Source: Candidatus Poribacteria bacterium
GTDB taxonomy: Bacteria; Poribacteria; WGA-4E; WGA-3G
NCBI GenBank assembly: GCA_965261125.1
Contig: CBDHCS010000007.1
Coordinates: forward strand, 254,343 to 318,342
Length of the DNA stretch: 64,000 nt
Direction: 5' to 3'
Part shown: positions 9,605 through 18,710 of the stretch, piece by piece
Numbering within the stretch: the first letter of the stretch is position 1
Layout: each line of letters opens with the position of its first letter
Notes under the pieces: generated by a model
The model's database searches: none
Told to the model about the DNA's origin: nothing
Seen by the model: only the letters and a program-made list of their open reading frames with translations
Position numbers and translations under genes: made by a program

Positions 9605-11515
9605 ATGAAAAAAATAGACAAGAACGAATACGAAAAACGGCTCAATAAAATAACACAAATTTTTGAGGATTTAGTCGTCCACGCAGACGAACAGTCAACC
9701 TACCGCTGCCCTTACAAAAATCGGTTTGACCACTGCACCGCAAAATTTGGTTGCCGAAACCAACGCAAAATTGATGAAGGGACCGGTCTCCTTTGTGTTG
9801 GAGACGACAAATTAGATTATCGCAGTGCATGGGAAATAGATGAATCCGACGAGACGAGACAGACACACGAGAATGCAGAAGGCACAATCACCTGTGAAGG
9901 CAAGGTGTATCAACTCTCTCCGGGAAAAACCGTTTTTGATTATGCAGACGATTTAGCTGTACAAGTTCCTACCTCCTGCTTCCGCACAGGACAATGCCAC
10001 GAGTGTATTGTTGAGATCAAACAGGGCATGGAGAGCCTTCGTCCTCCCAACGAGGCAGAGGCATTCCTCCGAGACAACTATCGCCTCGCTTGCCAAGCCA
10101 TTGTTTTGGATGTAGATGAGCATATTGAATTCACACCGCTGCGACGCACACCAAAAATTCTGACACATACTGACACAGGAGACGATACCGCCCTATCTCT
10201 GAATCCGCTGGTCACACATCGTGATGGAATTGTCTATTACAACAACGAACCGATTGATCGATATAGAGGTCACCTCTATGGACTCGCTTTAGACATCGGC
10301 ACAACTACTGTGGTAGCAAATCTCGTAGATTTAGAAAATGGTGAGACTGTCTCTGTCAGTTCCTTTGAAAACCCGCAACGTTTCGGTGGCAGCGACATCA
10401 TGCACCGAATTTCCTATGATGGAGAGTTTGAGGGTGAGTTACGTAAATCACTGATAGCAGCGTTGAACAGCCAAATCATGGAAATGTGTGAAAGACATGA
10501 CTTTGTTCGGCAGGAAATATACGAAATCGTTGTTGCGGGTAACACAACAATGCGTGACATCTTTTTCAGACAGGATGTCCAGAGTATAGGACAAAAGCCG
10601 TATAAATCTGTCATTGAGCATGAATACCGTGAGGGCATCCGTTCAACGACATCATTAACCGAAAAATCCCGTAGACTCGGTATCCGTTCCAATCCGAAGG
10701 CGATGGTCCATAGTTTGCCGTTGATCGCAAGCCACGTTGGTGCGGATGTCGCAGCAGATTTAGTGGCAGTTGACATGCAATCCCAAGACGAAGTTATTAT
10801 GTTAGTTGATGTAGGCACGAATACGGAGGTTGTTGTTGGGAATGCAAAGCGGATGGTTGCGGCATCGTGTCCAGCCGGTCCTGCATTTGAAGGCGGCGGC
10901 ATAGAATACGGAATGCCCGCTTATCCCGGTGCAATTGAATCAGTGAAATGGGTTGACGGTAAGATTAACTACGAGACAATTGATGGAGAGAAACCACAAG
11001 GATTATGCGGTTCAGGACTTATTTCACTGCTTGCTGAGCTTCGCAGACATAATCAGATGAGTGCAAAAGGCGTTTTTGCTGATAGAAAACAGCGAATTAT
11101 GCCGCTTTTACCTGAACACGGCATTACCTTCTCACGCGATGATGCAAGTAACTTGGCACAAGCAAAGGCTGCAAACTACTGCGGGCAATACATTGTTCTC
11201 CGTCATTTCGGCTGCTCTCCACAAGACATCACTAAACTCTTTTTAGCAGGTGGATTTGCCAATTATGTTAACCTGCAAGATGCTATTGACATAGGTTTTC
11301 TCGCACCTGTACCTGAAGATCGGGTTGTCAAAATTGGGAACGCAGCAGTAGGCGGTGCAAAAGCAGTCCTACTTTCAAGAGAAAAACGTGCAGAGATTGA
11401 GGAATTTGTTAAAAACATTGAACATATAGAACTTGAGACGACTCCCGATTTCTTTGAAATTTTTGTTGAGGGATGCCAATTCAATCCAATGCCTGCAGAT
11501 ATAATGAAGACGTAA
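9605..11515 (+). CDS. RamA-like / RACE-type reductive activase of corrinoid enzymes (2Fe-2S ferredoxin plus ASKHA/DUF4445 ATPase)
   Basis: Plant-type ferredoxin Cys pattern (SCFRTGQCHECIV...LACQA) followed by ASKHA-like motifs (GLALDIGTTTV, VDVGTNTE, CPAGPAFEGGG). Confidence 0.85.
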   Translation: MKKIDKNEYEKRLNKITQIFEDLVVHADEQSTYRCPYKNRFDHCTAKFGCRNQRKIDEGTGLLCVGDDKLDYRSAWEIDESDETRQTHENAEGTITCEGKVYQLSPGKTVFDYADDLAVQVPTSCFRTGQCHECIVEIKQGMESLRPPNEAEAFLRDNYRLACQAIVLDVDEHIEFTPLRRTPKILTHTDTGDDTALSLNPLVTHRDGIVYYNNEPIDRYRGHLYGLALDIGTTTVVANLVDLENGETVSVSSFENPQRFGGSDIMHRISYDGEFEGELRKSLIAALNSQIMEMCERHDFVRQEIYEIVVAGNTTMRDIFFRQDVQSIGQKPYKSVIEHEYREGIRSTTSLTEKSRRLGIRSNPKAMVHSLPLIASHVGADVAADLVAVDMQSQDEVIMLVDVGTNTEVVVGNAKRMVAASCPAGPAFEGGGIEYGMPAYPGAIESVKWVDGKINYETIDGEKPQGLCGSGLISLLAELRRHNQMSAKGVFADRKQRIMPLLPEHGITFSRDDASNLAQAKAANYCGQYIVLRHFGCSPQDITKLFLAGGFANYVNLQDAIDIGFLAPVPEDRVVKIGNAAVGGAKAVLLSREKRAEIEEFVKNIEHIELETTPDFFEIFVEGCQFNPMPADIMKT

Positions 11516-11531
11516 GGAGAAAACACAAAGC

Positions 11532-12533
11532 GTGAAAACTTTTCGTGAACGTTTAAATTCTGAAAAACCAATACTATATGATGGCGGATTTGGATCACAA
11601 TTGTTTGCTCGCGATATAGTACTCGCAAACAGCGCGCTTGCTAACGAGTTGCATCCTGCTGATGTTGTTGATATCCATTCAGACTATATCAGTGCTGGGG
11701 CAGAGGCAGTCGGCACGAATACATTTGTCGTATCGCCACTTCACCTGCAAATGGCAGGGCAAGACAAATCAGATGCGCACCGACTTACACGCCTCGCCGT
11801 ACAGCATGCAAAAGATGCTGTAGCGGAGAGTGAAAGAGATATTTACATAGCAGGTTCAGTAGGTCCGTCACCGGGTGCCATTGAAGCGGACAGCGGCGAC
11901 ACAACATTCGGCATTCCAAATGATGAAGTTCGGGAAGCACATAAACTTGTTATCCGGACACTTGCAGAAGAAGGTGTAGATTTCCTCTGTCTTGAAACAA
12001 TGTTTTCCGCGAAAGAAGCTGCAATTGCTGTTGATATTGCCCGCGAGACAGAACTCCCTATAGCAGTGAATATGACATACAAATGGACAAAAGAACGCCG
12101 CACTGGTAAAGAAATCTATAAAACCGATTGGGGACATTCTGCTGCTGACCTACTTCAAATGCTTGCCAGCGGAGAGTTTTCGGGAGGGGACTCACTATTA
12201 GACTGCGTTGATATTATCGGTCTCAACTGTGGGGCAGAATCAAAGCGCACAGAACATTCGGGGATGCCTTACGCAATTACTGGAACACAACAATTGTATG
12301 CTGCCTTATCAGACATTGGAGTTAATGGTAAACGCATGATGGCATATCCAAACGCTGGCATGCCCCAGCTTGATGAAAACCATAAAACCGTCTATACACA
12401 AACACCGACTGAGATGGCAAGTCATGTTCCTGCGCTCCTTGAAGTGGGGGCATACTTAATTGGCGGATGTTGTGGCACAACGCCTGCACATATCAAGGCT
12501 TTCCGTGAGGCGATTGATGCGAACACGCGTTAA
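11532..12533 (+). CDS. Homocysteine S-methyltransferase domain protein (MetH Hcy-binding module, stand-alone)
   Basis: GTG start after AAGGAGA. ILYDGGFGSQL at the N-terminus; Zn-ligand cysteines in GLNCG and GGCCGTTPAHI. Confidence 0.85.
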   Translation: MKTFRERLNSEKPILYDGGFGSQLFARDIVLANSALANELHPADVVDIHSDYISAGAEAVGTNTFVVSPLHLQMAGQDKSDAHRLTRLAVQHAKDAVAESERDIYIAGSVGPSPGAIEADSGDTTFGIPNDEVREAHKLVIRTLAEEGVDFLCLETMFSAKEAAIAVDIARETELPIAVNMTYKWTKERRTGKEIYKTDWGHSAADLLQMLASGEFSGGDSLLDCVDIIGLNCGAESKRTEHSGMPYAITGTQQLYAALSDIGVNGKRMMAYPNAGMPQLDENHKTVYTQTPTEMASHVPALLEVGAYLIGGCCGTTPAHIKAFREAIDANTR

Positions 12534-13164
12534 AATTTGTGGTATCACCAATCTTACAGATGCAGAAACAACCATTGATGCAGGCGCGGATGCCCTCGGA
12601 TTTATCTTTGTGCCAGAAACACCACGTTACATTAAACCCGTTGATGCAGCTGAAATCATCCGAGCGTTACCTCCGTTTGTTACAACAGTTGGCGTCTTCA
12701 GAAATGCTGAACGCAAGGAGATTGAAGATATTGCCACGCAAACTGGGACCACATCTATTCAATTGCACGGCACGGAATCACCAGAATTTTGTACACAACT
12801 GTCATTACCTGTTATTAAGGTTTTTGAATTACAAAACGAAGAAGACTTACAAACCTTAGAAGATTACAATGTGAATGCCTGTCTCATAGATAAACCAAAA
12901 TCTATTTCGAAGGGCACTGTCAATTGGGAATTGGCAGAGAAAGCCAGACTTCACACCAAAAAGTTGATCCTTGCAGGCGGTTTAACTCCAGATAATGTAG
13001 CAGATGCTATCCGATATGTTAAACCTTACGCTGTTGACGTTGCCAGCGGTGTTGAATTAGAAAAACGCCGCAAAAATCACAGAAAAATTAAGGCGTTCAT
13101 CAAAGCAGTTAGACAAGCTGATGAAGTAAGAATCGAAAATGCAAACAATAACGTTAACCTATAA
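12517..13164 (+). CDS. trpF: Phosphoribosylanthranilate isomerase
   Basis: MRTRVKICGITNLTDAE...GADALGFIFVPETPRYI...LAGGLTPDNV. The ATG at 12517 overlaps the upstream stop. The track extension back to 12460 lies inside the upstream gene. Confidence 0.9.
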   Translation: MRTRVKICGITNLTDAETTIDAGADALGFIFVPETPRYIKPVDAAEIIRALPPFVTTVGVFRNAERKEIEDIATQTGTTSIQLHGTESPEFCTQLSLPVIKVFELQNEEDLQTLEDYNVNACLIDKPKSISKGTVNWELAEKARLHTKKLILAGGLTPDNVADAIRYVKPYAVDVASGVELEKRRKNHRKIKAFIKAVRQADEVRIENANNNVNL

Positions 13165-13636
13165 AAGACTCCCTGATAGAGTTAATTATTTTCAACAGCA
13201 ACTGCTTTATGAAGACGAAGACGTTATTGTCACGTCTCAAAAGATTAAACCTTCTTCACCAATCATTCTGAACGGAGAGACAGTTTTAGGGGACAACTTC
13301 ACAGCAATTTGGTTTGTATTTACTGGATTGTGGTACGACATCGGCAAAGTCTATAATCTTAACAACGAATGGACAGGATATTATTGCGATATTATGAAGC
13401 CAGTGAAGCGAAACTCAGACCAATTTGAAATTGTTGACCTATTCCTTGATTTGTGGGTCTCACCTGATGGTAGTTATGAAATTCAAGATGAAGACGAATT
13501 TGAAACTGCGCTTGAACAGGGGACTATAAGCACTGAATTGGCAGAAAAAGCGCGGAACGCGTTAGACGACTTAATCGGTGAAGTCGTGTCAGGAAAATTT
13601 CCACCCGAATTTGTAAAAAATTTCGGATATCAATAA
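13139..13636 (+). CDS. DUF402-like protein (FomD-type nucleotide phosphatase fold)
   Basis: Segment WYDIGKVYN...GYYCDIMKPV...DLFLDLWVSPDG resembles the DUF402 core. This is an assignment by eye. Confidence 0.55.
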   Translation: MQTITLTYKRLPDRVNYFQQQLLYEDEDVIVTSQKIKPSSPIILNGETVLGDNFTAIWFVFTGLWYDIGKVYNLNNEWTGYYCDIMKPVKRNSDQFEIVDLFLDLWVSPDGSYEIQDEDEFETALEQGTISTELAEKARNALDDLIGEVVSGKFPPEFVKNFGYQ

Positions 13637-13653
13637 ACAATTGGAGACTTGAC

Positions 13654-14865
13654 ATGTCTATTTTAGCAATAAATGGCGGTGAACCGACCCGAACTGAGCC
13701 TTATCCTACATGGCCTACTCTTGATCCAGCAGACATAGAAGCGTTTGAGAGTATCTATAACAGCAGACAGTGGGGTGTCGGCGGGACAAAAGTGCCTGAA
13801 TTTGCGAAACAATTCGCTGAATTCCAAGGAGCAAACTACGGTGTTTGTGTCAATAGCGGCACTACTGCCCTCTATATTGCCTTAAAAGCTGCGGAGGTTG
13901 GTCTGGGTGATGAAGTCATTGCCACCGCGTATACCTTTCAGGCAACAGTTGTCGCTATTCTGATGGCACATGCAGTACCTGTTTTTGTTGACACTGCGCC
14001 CGATAGTTTTCTGTTAGATGTCTCTAAAGTGGAAGATGCCATCACAGAAAAGACGAAAGCGATCCTGCCTGTCCACATCGCGGGTTATCCCGCTGATCTT
14101 GACGCACTTGTAGATATTGGCAATCGACATGACCTAAAAATTATAGAGGATTGCGCACAAGCACACGGGGCAGAATGGCGTGGCAGAGGTGTAGGGAGTT
14201 GGGGGGATTTCGGGTGCTTCAGTTTCCAGTCATCCAAAAATCTTTGTGCTGGTGAAGGCGGAATCGTTTTAATGAATGATCGTGAACTCTATGAACGCGC
14301 ATGGGCACTGCACAATTGTGGTAGAACACCACCGGATGCTGAATTCGGTAATATAGAACCTTTTGGGGGAAACTTCAGAATGACAGAATGGCAGGCTGGA
14401 CTTCTCCTCTCACGTTTGACACGGCTTGAGGAAGAGACAAACTACAGACACATGAATATGCGCTGGTTAGATGGTTGGTTTGGTGAAATTCCGGGTATTA
14501 AGGTAACACCACTGGATCCACGTGCAACACGATGCGGTTCTCACGGCTACAAAGCAATTTTCGATTCTGAAGAGTTTGAAGACATTTCACGTGGAACATT
14601 TATCAGTGCTATGCGCGCAGAAGGTATACCTATCGGATATTGGTATAACATGCCAATGTCCCGCGCATCGTTTCTAAAATCTAACTTGTTCGGTCAAAAC
14701 CTGGATTTTTCCGATGTTCATTGTCCCGAAACAGAAAAAATATGCCAATCAGGACTTGCCTTCAGTCAGAATGTTTTAATGGGAACAGAAGAGGACATGG
14801 AAGACATTATTAAGGCAGCAATAAAAATCAGACGTAATGTAGGAGAATTAAAGGAAAGTGGATAA
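13654..14865 (+). CDS. DegT/DnrJ/EryC1/StrS-family PLP-dependent aminotransferase
   Basis: GTTALYIALKA, IIEDCAQAHG and FSFQSSKNLCAGEGG (PLP lysine) motifs. Confidence 0.9.
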   Translation: MSILAINGGEPTRTEPYPTWPTLDPADIEAFESIYNSRQWGVGGTKVPEFAKQFAEFQGANYGVCVNSGTTALYIALKAAEVGLGDEVIATAYTFQATVVAILMAHAVPVFVDTAPDSFLLDVSKVEDAITEKTKAILPVHIAGYPADLDALVDIGNRHDLKIIEDCAQAHGAEWRGRGVGSWGDFGCFSFQSSKNLCAGEGGIVLMNDRELYERAWALHNCGRTPPDAEFGNIEPFGGNFRMTEWQAGLLLSRLTRLEEETNYRHMNMRWLDGWFGEIPGIKVTPLDPRATRCGSHGYKAIFDSEEFEDISRGTFISAMRAEGIPIGYWYNMPMSRASFLKSNLFGQNLDFSDVHCPETEKICQSGLAFSQNVLMGTEEDMEDIIKAAIKIRRNVGELKESG

Positions 14866-14879
14866 TTAAAATCTTATAA

Positions 14880-14988
14880 ATGAAGATTAATTTTTGATTC
14901 GGTAATTTTCTGTCCAATGCAGGTGTACCCCTTGCTGGCGAGGTTTCCTAACCTCGCCAAAGGACCGACTTATTTTATTAAACTTCAT
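14880..14988. mobile_element. MITE family B copy (B1), inverted relative to B2 and B3
   Basis: It starts atgaagattaatttttgattcggtaatttt and ends ...tattttattaaacttcat. It carries an internal ctggcgaggtttcctaacctcgccaa hairpin. It is near-identical to the reverse complement of 58097-58211. Confidence 0.7.
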
Positions 14989-15101
14989 ATAAAAGATGGC
15001 GGTTGACAACGAAAAAATTGTATTTTTTTACAATTTTACTATCCTTTTTATATATCAAAGACTCTATAATACCAAATACGTCCATAAAAGGAGATTTTAA
15101 A

Positions 15102-15644
15102 ATGAGTAACGAACGTGAGACCCAAAAGGAAATTCGGCGAATTGTCCGAATGTTAGAAGCGACAACAGGACATCTTGAAAAAGCTTCTATATTAGACGGT
15201 TTATCCAGCGGAGAAGCAAGGTGTATCCGACAATTCAACAATGCTTTGGCGCGACTATATGATTTAGAAGCACTGCCAGAAGGGTTGTTTGACCCCTTAG
15301 ACGAGGATGCGTCTGTCGGGGATATTGGACAGGCATATCATCAAGTTGCCACATACCTCAAAGAAGGGATGGGATTTGATTTCGACTTCGACTTTAAGAA
15401 AGAGACGGAAACGATCGGCAACGTCATGAAAGATGTTGGCGATGTTGTAGCTCGTAACATCTTCGGCGCAAGAGAAATGGATTCGGAAGATGTTGAATCT
15501 ACGATTGAAGTTGTTGAAGTAGAGGAAGATAAACCTGATCCCGTTGAACCGCGCCTCGACAAATTAGAGGAACAGATGGAAACTGTCGTTGAGATCCTTC
15601 AGGAACTTCGGTCCAAAAAGAGTAAAAAGGATGAGAAAAAGTAG
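15102..15644 (+). CDS. Acidic hypothetical protein
   Basis: AAAGGAG RBS plus ATG at 15102. The track start at 15003 lies in promoter-like AT-rich DNA. The C-terminus is Glu/Asp-rich. Confidence 0.55.
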   Translation: MSNERETQKEIRRIVRMLEATTGHLEKASILDGLSSGEARCIRQFNNALARLYDLEALPEGLFDPLDEDASVGDIGQAYHQVATYLKEGMGFDFDFDFKKETETIGNVMKDVGDVVARNIFGAREMDSEDVESTIEVVEVEEDKPDPVEPRLDKLEEQMETVVEILQELRSKKSKKDEKK

Positions 15645-15708
15645 GACAGACGGTACTCGCGCATGATGAAGTAAACAAAAGAGCGCTTCAATCTTATAGG
15701 AGAACACT

Positions 15709-16512
15709 ATGAAACGCACACAATACTGGGGGATTGCCGCCCTCCTTGTTCTATTGGCTGGAGTCACCATTTTATTGACTGGAGCCGCCGTGATGTGGTT
15801 TCGAAACGGACTAGATATCCGACAACTTGAACAAAAGGCTGCTGAAGCAACAAAAAAACTGGTAGAGGAAAGCAACAAGGAAAAAGAAACGCCAGTGGTG
15901 GTAAACGTCGGTAGTGTCAACACTGAGGAAGATAAAAAAGTAGAAGTCACTGATGCAGATATAGAGAAATTTCTCAAAGAACTTGCTGCAGAGGGAAAAG
16001 TCTCTGAGGCAGAGGTAGAGAAATTACTTGAGGATGTTGCTGCAGAGGTGGCAGAAAAGGCGAAGGGAACTCTCTCGCCTGAAGCGTTAGCAAAACAAGA
16101 AGATAGACGAAAGGCGCGGGAATTCTGGGACAAAATTCGCAATATAATTGGCGGGGGTATACACTCTTCTACGCATCCAGAAAAGATGCAAGAATTGGTT
16201 CGCCTTTTTGAAGAAGCCGCAGGAGGTCCCACTATACTTACCGACATGAATAATTTAGCAACGGTGCTCCATAAATATGTGGACACAAACGGTAATGTGC
16301 GTACTTCCGATCTCTTAAAAATTGCAGATTCCCATGAATCCGTACCCGGCGAATTTGGCGAATTCATGGCCTCCACTGCAACGTTTTATCGCAATTTGGC
16401 GCAATATGCTACTATTAAAGGTTACGATGAAATTAATATTTACGAGATAATTACAAATCCTCCTGATGACTTTGAAAAAGTTTTGAAGGAGTATTATGAG
16501 TCGACCAAATGA
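15709..16512 (+). CDS. Membrane-anchored hypothetical protein
   Basis: AGGAGA RBS. N-terminal TM helix (YWGIAALLVLLAGVTILLTGAAVMWF), then a Glu/Lys-rich helical region. Confidence 0.55.
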   Translation: MKRTQYWGIAALLVLLAGVTILLTGAAVMWFRNGLDIRQLEQKAAEATKKLVEESNKEKETPVVVNVGSVNTEEDKKVEVTDADIEKFLKELAAEGKVSEAEVEKLLEDVAAEVAEKAKGTLSPEALAKQEDRRKAREFWDKIRNIIGGGIHSSTHPEKMQELVRLFEEAAGGPTILTDMNNLATVLHKYVDTNGNVRTSDLLKIADSHESVPGEFGEFMASTATFYRNLAQYATIKGYDEINIYEIITNPPDDFEKVLKEYYESTK

Positions 16513-16583
16513 TGCCTAAGCCTCGCGGAGAGTTTACAACATTATAGTCCACCCCATAATTATGGACACACTACGAATCAACG

Positions 16584-16737
16584 CTGAATAAGCGTCCGGT
16601 ATTCAGCTGGTTCGGTTTCCTAACCGAACCAGTGTTTATTCAGACTTATAGTTCGGCAGAATACGCCAAATCAACGGTATGAATGCCATTTAGGCATTCC
16701 CCGTGTGGTATTCTGCATTGGTTAGGAAACCGCATCT
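16584..16737. repeat. Composite of palindromic repeat units (families C and E) between convergent genes
   Basis: Hairpins ctgaata...tattcag and ctggttcggtttcctaaccgaaccag, and gcagaatac..aatcaacggtatgaatgccatttaggcattcccc..gtattctgc (16656-16716). The C unit recurs at 29550-29583 and 52973-53035. Confidence 0.65.
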
Positions 16738-16778
16738 ACCGGAGGGTGTGCACATATTTTTTGGGTTTCACTATAATA

Positions 16779-18686
16779 TTACCAATGCTTGAATGAATAC
16801 ATCCGTTGCCCGAAAGATAAACCCAAAATTGCCCATAGACTCCCCATAACAAACTCACCGAGCATTGCACCAAAAAACAGGGGCAGTGCCTTCCGATACG
16901 CACCAATGCCGCCGTGTCGAACAAGTATGGACTTTATGCCCCATGCTAAAAACACAGGAAACCAAAGTCTACCGAAGTTCCAATTGCCAGCAAGCGGATA
17001 GGCGAGTGGGTGCAGTTGCCACCAAATAAACCTTAACCGCATAAAAAGTGTGCTTAAAGTCAGAACAATTCCGAATCCGAAGAAACCGAGATGTCGCCAT
17101 TCTGTGTCACTTGGAAATGTCAACCAACGTTGAAGGTCGTTAAATGCCTCTTGTCCGCGCCATGTCCCCAAACTGCCGTGTAGATAACCTGCATGGAGAA
17201 ATGCCACAAAACCGATAAGCAGTCCAATAACGGATGATCCCCACATCACCCAAAGCAGTTGACGACTGCTGATTGATCCTTTCTCAGCAAGTTTAAAACC
17301 TTCAAGTTGATTCGGCATCGGTTGCGAACGGTAGTTTCGGGTAAATCCATATAGGAAGGAGAAACCTGTTAACGTTTGTGCCCCTATCTTTCTGGACCCA
17401 AAGAGTGAGGTTAGGAAAAAACTGGGACCTGCCCTATAAAAATCCTGTGTCGGTGTGCCAAGTTCGGCGCGCATCCGAGTGAACGCTAAAACCAGTATGA
17501 AATGGATACTGAAGAATCCCAGGATCCCCCACCATGACATGCCTGCCTTCAGGCAAAATCCGAACACAATAGCAATACTAATCAGAAAACCGAAAAACGC
17601 ACTGCGATACCCTATCGGTTCACTTGACGAGTCAAGGTCAGTTTTCATACCGATAATATTTCGGAATACTTTCCATAAATGCTTATGCGTTATCCAGAGT
17701 GCAAAGAAGCACAACCCGAAGTATGCACCAAGCGATTGCATATCAATGTGAGGGTAACCGGGTGTCTGATTCAAACCTGACATAGACCCGAAAATGAGTT
17801 GCACCTTCCAAAATAGATAAAATACCCAACAAGATAACGACAAATCAAGCGGCATTAAAAAACCTATTCCTATGGCATAAGGATTCAGATGAATAGGGGT
17901 TGAACCGATAGCATTAAGCGGTTTTTCAGTGAACATCCGACCAATGTCATGCCGAATAGGAATGCCAGGGACAAAAGGAAATAGAAAATTGAGACCGTTT
18001 AGCAGATCAAGCCCAAATCCGACACCGAAACCGATCCAGAGGAGTCGGTTTTTATAGAAAACACTACCTTTCGTCATTTCAAAAGGGAGTAATATAATCG
18101 GGTAACTTAGCTTTTCGTGTTCGATCCACTGTTTGCGGAGAATCGCGCTCAGCATTATCATTGAAAAAGCGAGCGCAGAAAAGAAAAGCAACCAAAACAG
18201 TACAGGCGTGAGCCATGCCCGAATATGTTCTATTTCAAACAGATTAGATGTGCCTTCATAATAACCTGTCAAGGTGTGCCGATCCATCACAGCAATCCAG
18301 TCCGGAATGTATCGAAAAAAGAGGGATTGCCATTCATTTTCTGGCGTAGCAAACCAGCTGGCATGCCCAAGGATACACATAGTCGCTTGCAATAGATCAT
18401 GCCCACAGACAACACATGCAAGCGTTACCATGAGATATGTTGTAAGCATTTCTGCTTGTGTGAGCTGCCATTTGGGAAGGTATCGTGTTAGGAATAGGTT
18501 ACAGATTGCAACAAGGAAAAGCGTAAAGACGGCGTTGAAAAAGATCGCCATCGTGGTCGGATATTGTGTTGTCCATACGGTTTCCGTTTGAACAACAAGG
18601 TAGATATTGAGGGGAAGCGACAGCAGACCTATAATTATGGCACGCCACGTGATATTTTCAGTTGATAGACTTGGCGGTTTATCCAT
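16779..18686 (-). CDS. Large polytopic integral membrane protein (unknown family)
   Basis: 635-aa ORF with about 14 hydrophobic helices. It starts 24 nt downstream of the Omp85-like gene on the same strand. Confidence 0.7.
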   Translation of the reverse strand: MDKPPSLSTENITWRAIIIGLLSLPLNIYLVVQTETVWTTQYPTTMAIFFNAVFTLFLVAICNLFLTRYLPKWQLTQAEMLTTYLMVTLACVVCGHDLLQATMCILGHASWFATPENEWQSLFFRYIPDWIAVMDRHTLTGYYEGTSNLFEIEHIRAWLTPVLFWLLFFSALAFSMIMLSAILRKQWIEHEKLSYPIILLPFEMTKGSVFYKNRLLWIGFGVGFGLDLLNGLNFLFPFVPGIPIRHDIGRMFTEKPLNAIGSTPIHLNPYAIGIGFLMPLDLSLSCWVFYLFWKVQLIFGSMSGLNQTPGYPHIDMQSLGAYFGLCFFALWITHKHLWKVFRNIIGMKTDLDSSSEPIGYRSAFFGFLISIAIVFGFCLKAGMSWWGILGFFSIHFILVLAFTRMRAELGTPTQDFYRAGPSFFLTSLFGSRKIGAQTLTGFSFLYGFTRNYRSQPMPNQLEGFKLAEKGSISSRQLLWVMWGSSVIGLLIGFVAFLHAGYLHGSLGTWRGQEAFNDLQRWLTFPSDTEWRHLGFFGFGIVLTLSTLFMRLRFIWWQLHPLAYPLAGNWNFGRLWFPVFLAWGIKSILVRHGGIGAYRKALPLFFGAMLGEFVMGSLWAILGLSFGQRMYSFKHW

Positions 18687-18710
18687 ACGTTTGTATCGCT
18701 TTAATAGTGC

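Noticed and set aside
8983-9645. 220-aa minus-strand ORF
   Set aside because: It is antisense to the corrinoid-protein gene, which has clear B12-binding motifs. The antisense translation is Ser-rich and motif-free.
3614-12533. BCCT transporter plus corrinoid cluster as a glycine-betaine/quaternary-amine demethylation locus
   Set aside because: The two are separated by unrelated genes (three small ORFs, tsaD, tsaC and a hypothetical). No MttB/MtgB-family substrate methyltransferase is present, so a functional link is not supported by this window.
15564-16376. 270-aa minus-strand ORF
   Set aside because: It is entirely antisense to the 15709-16512 gene. Its translation is Ser/Ala/Thr-rich low-complexity sequence, the mirror of a Glu/Ala/Lys-rich sense gene. 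It has no RBS and no motif.
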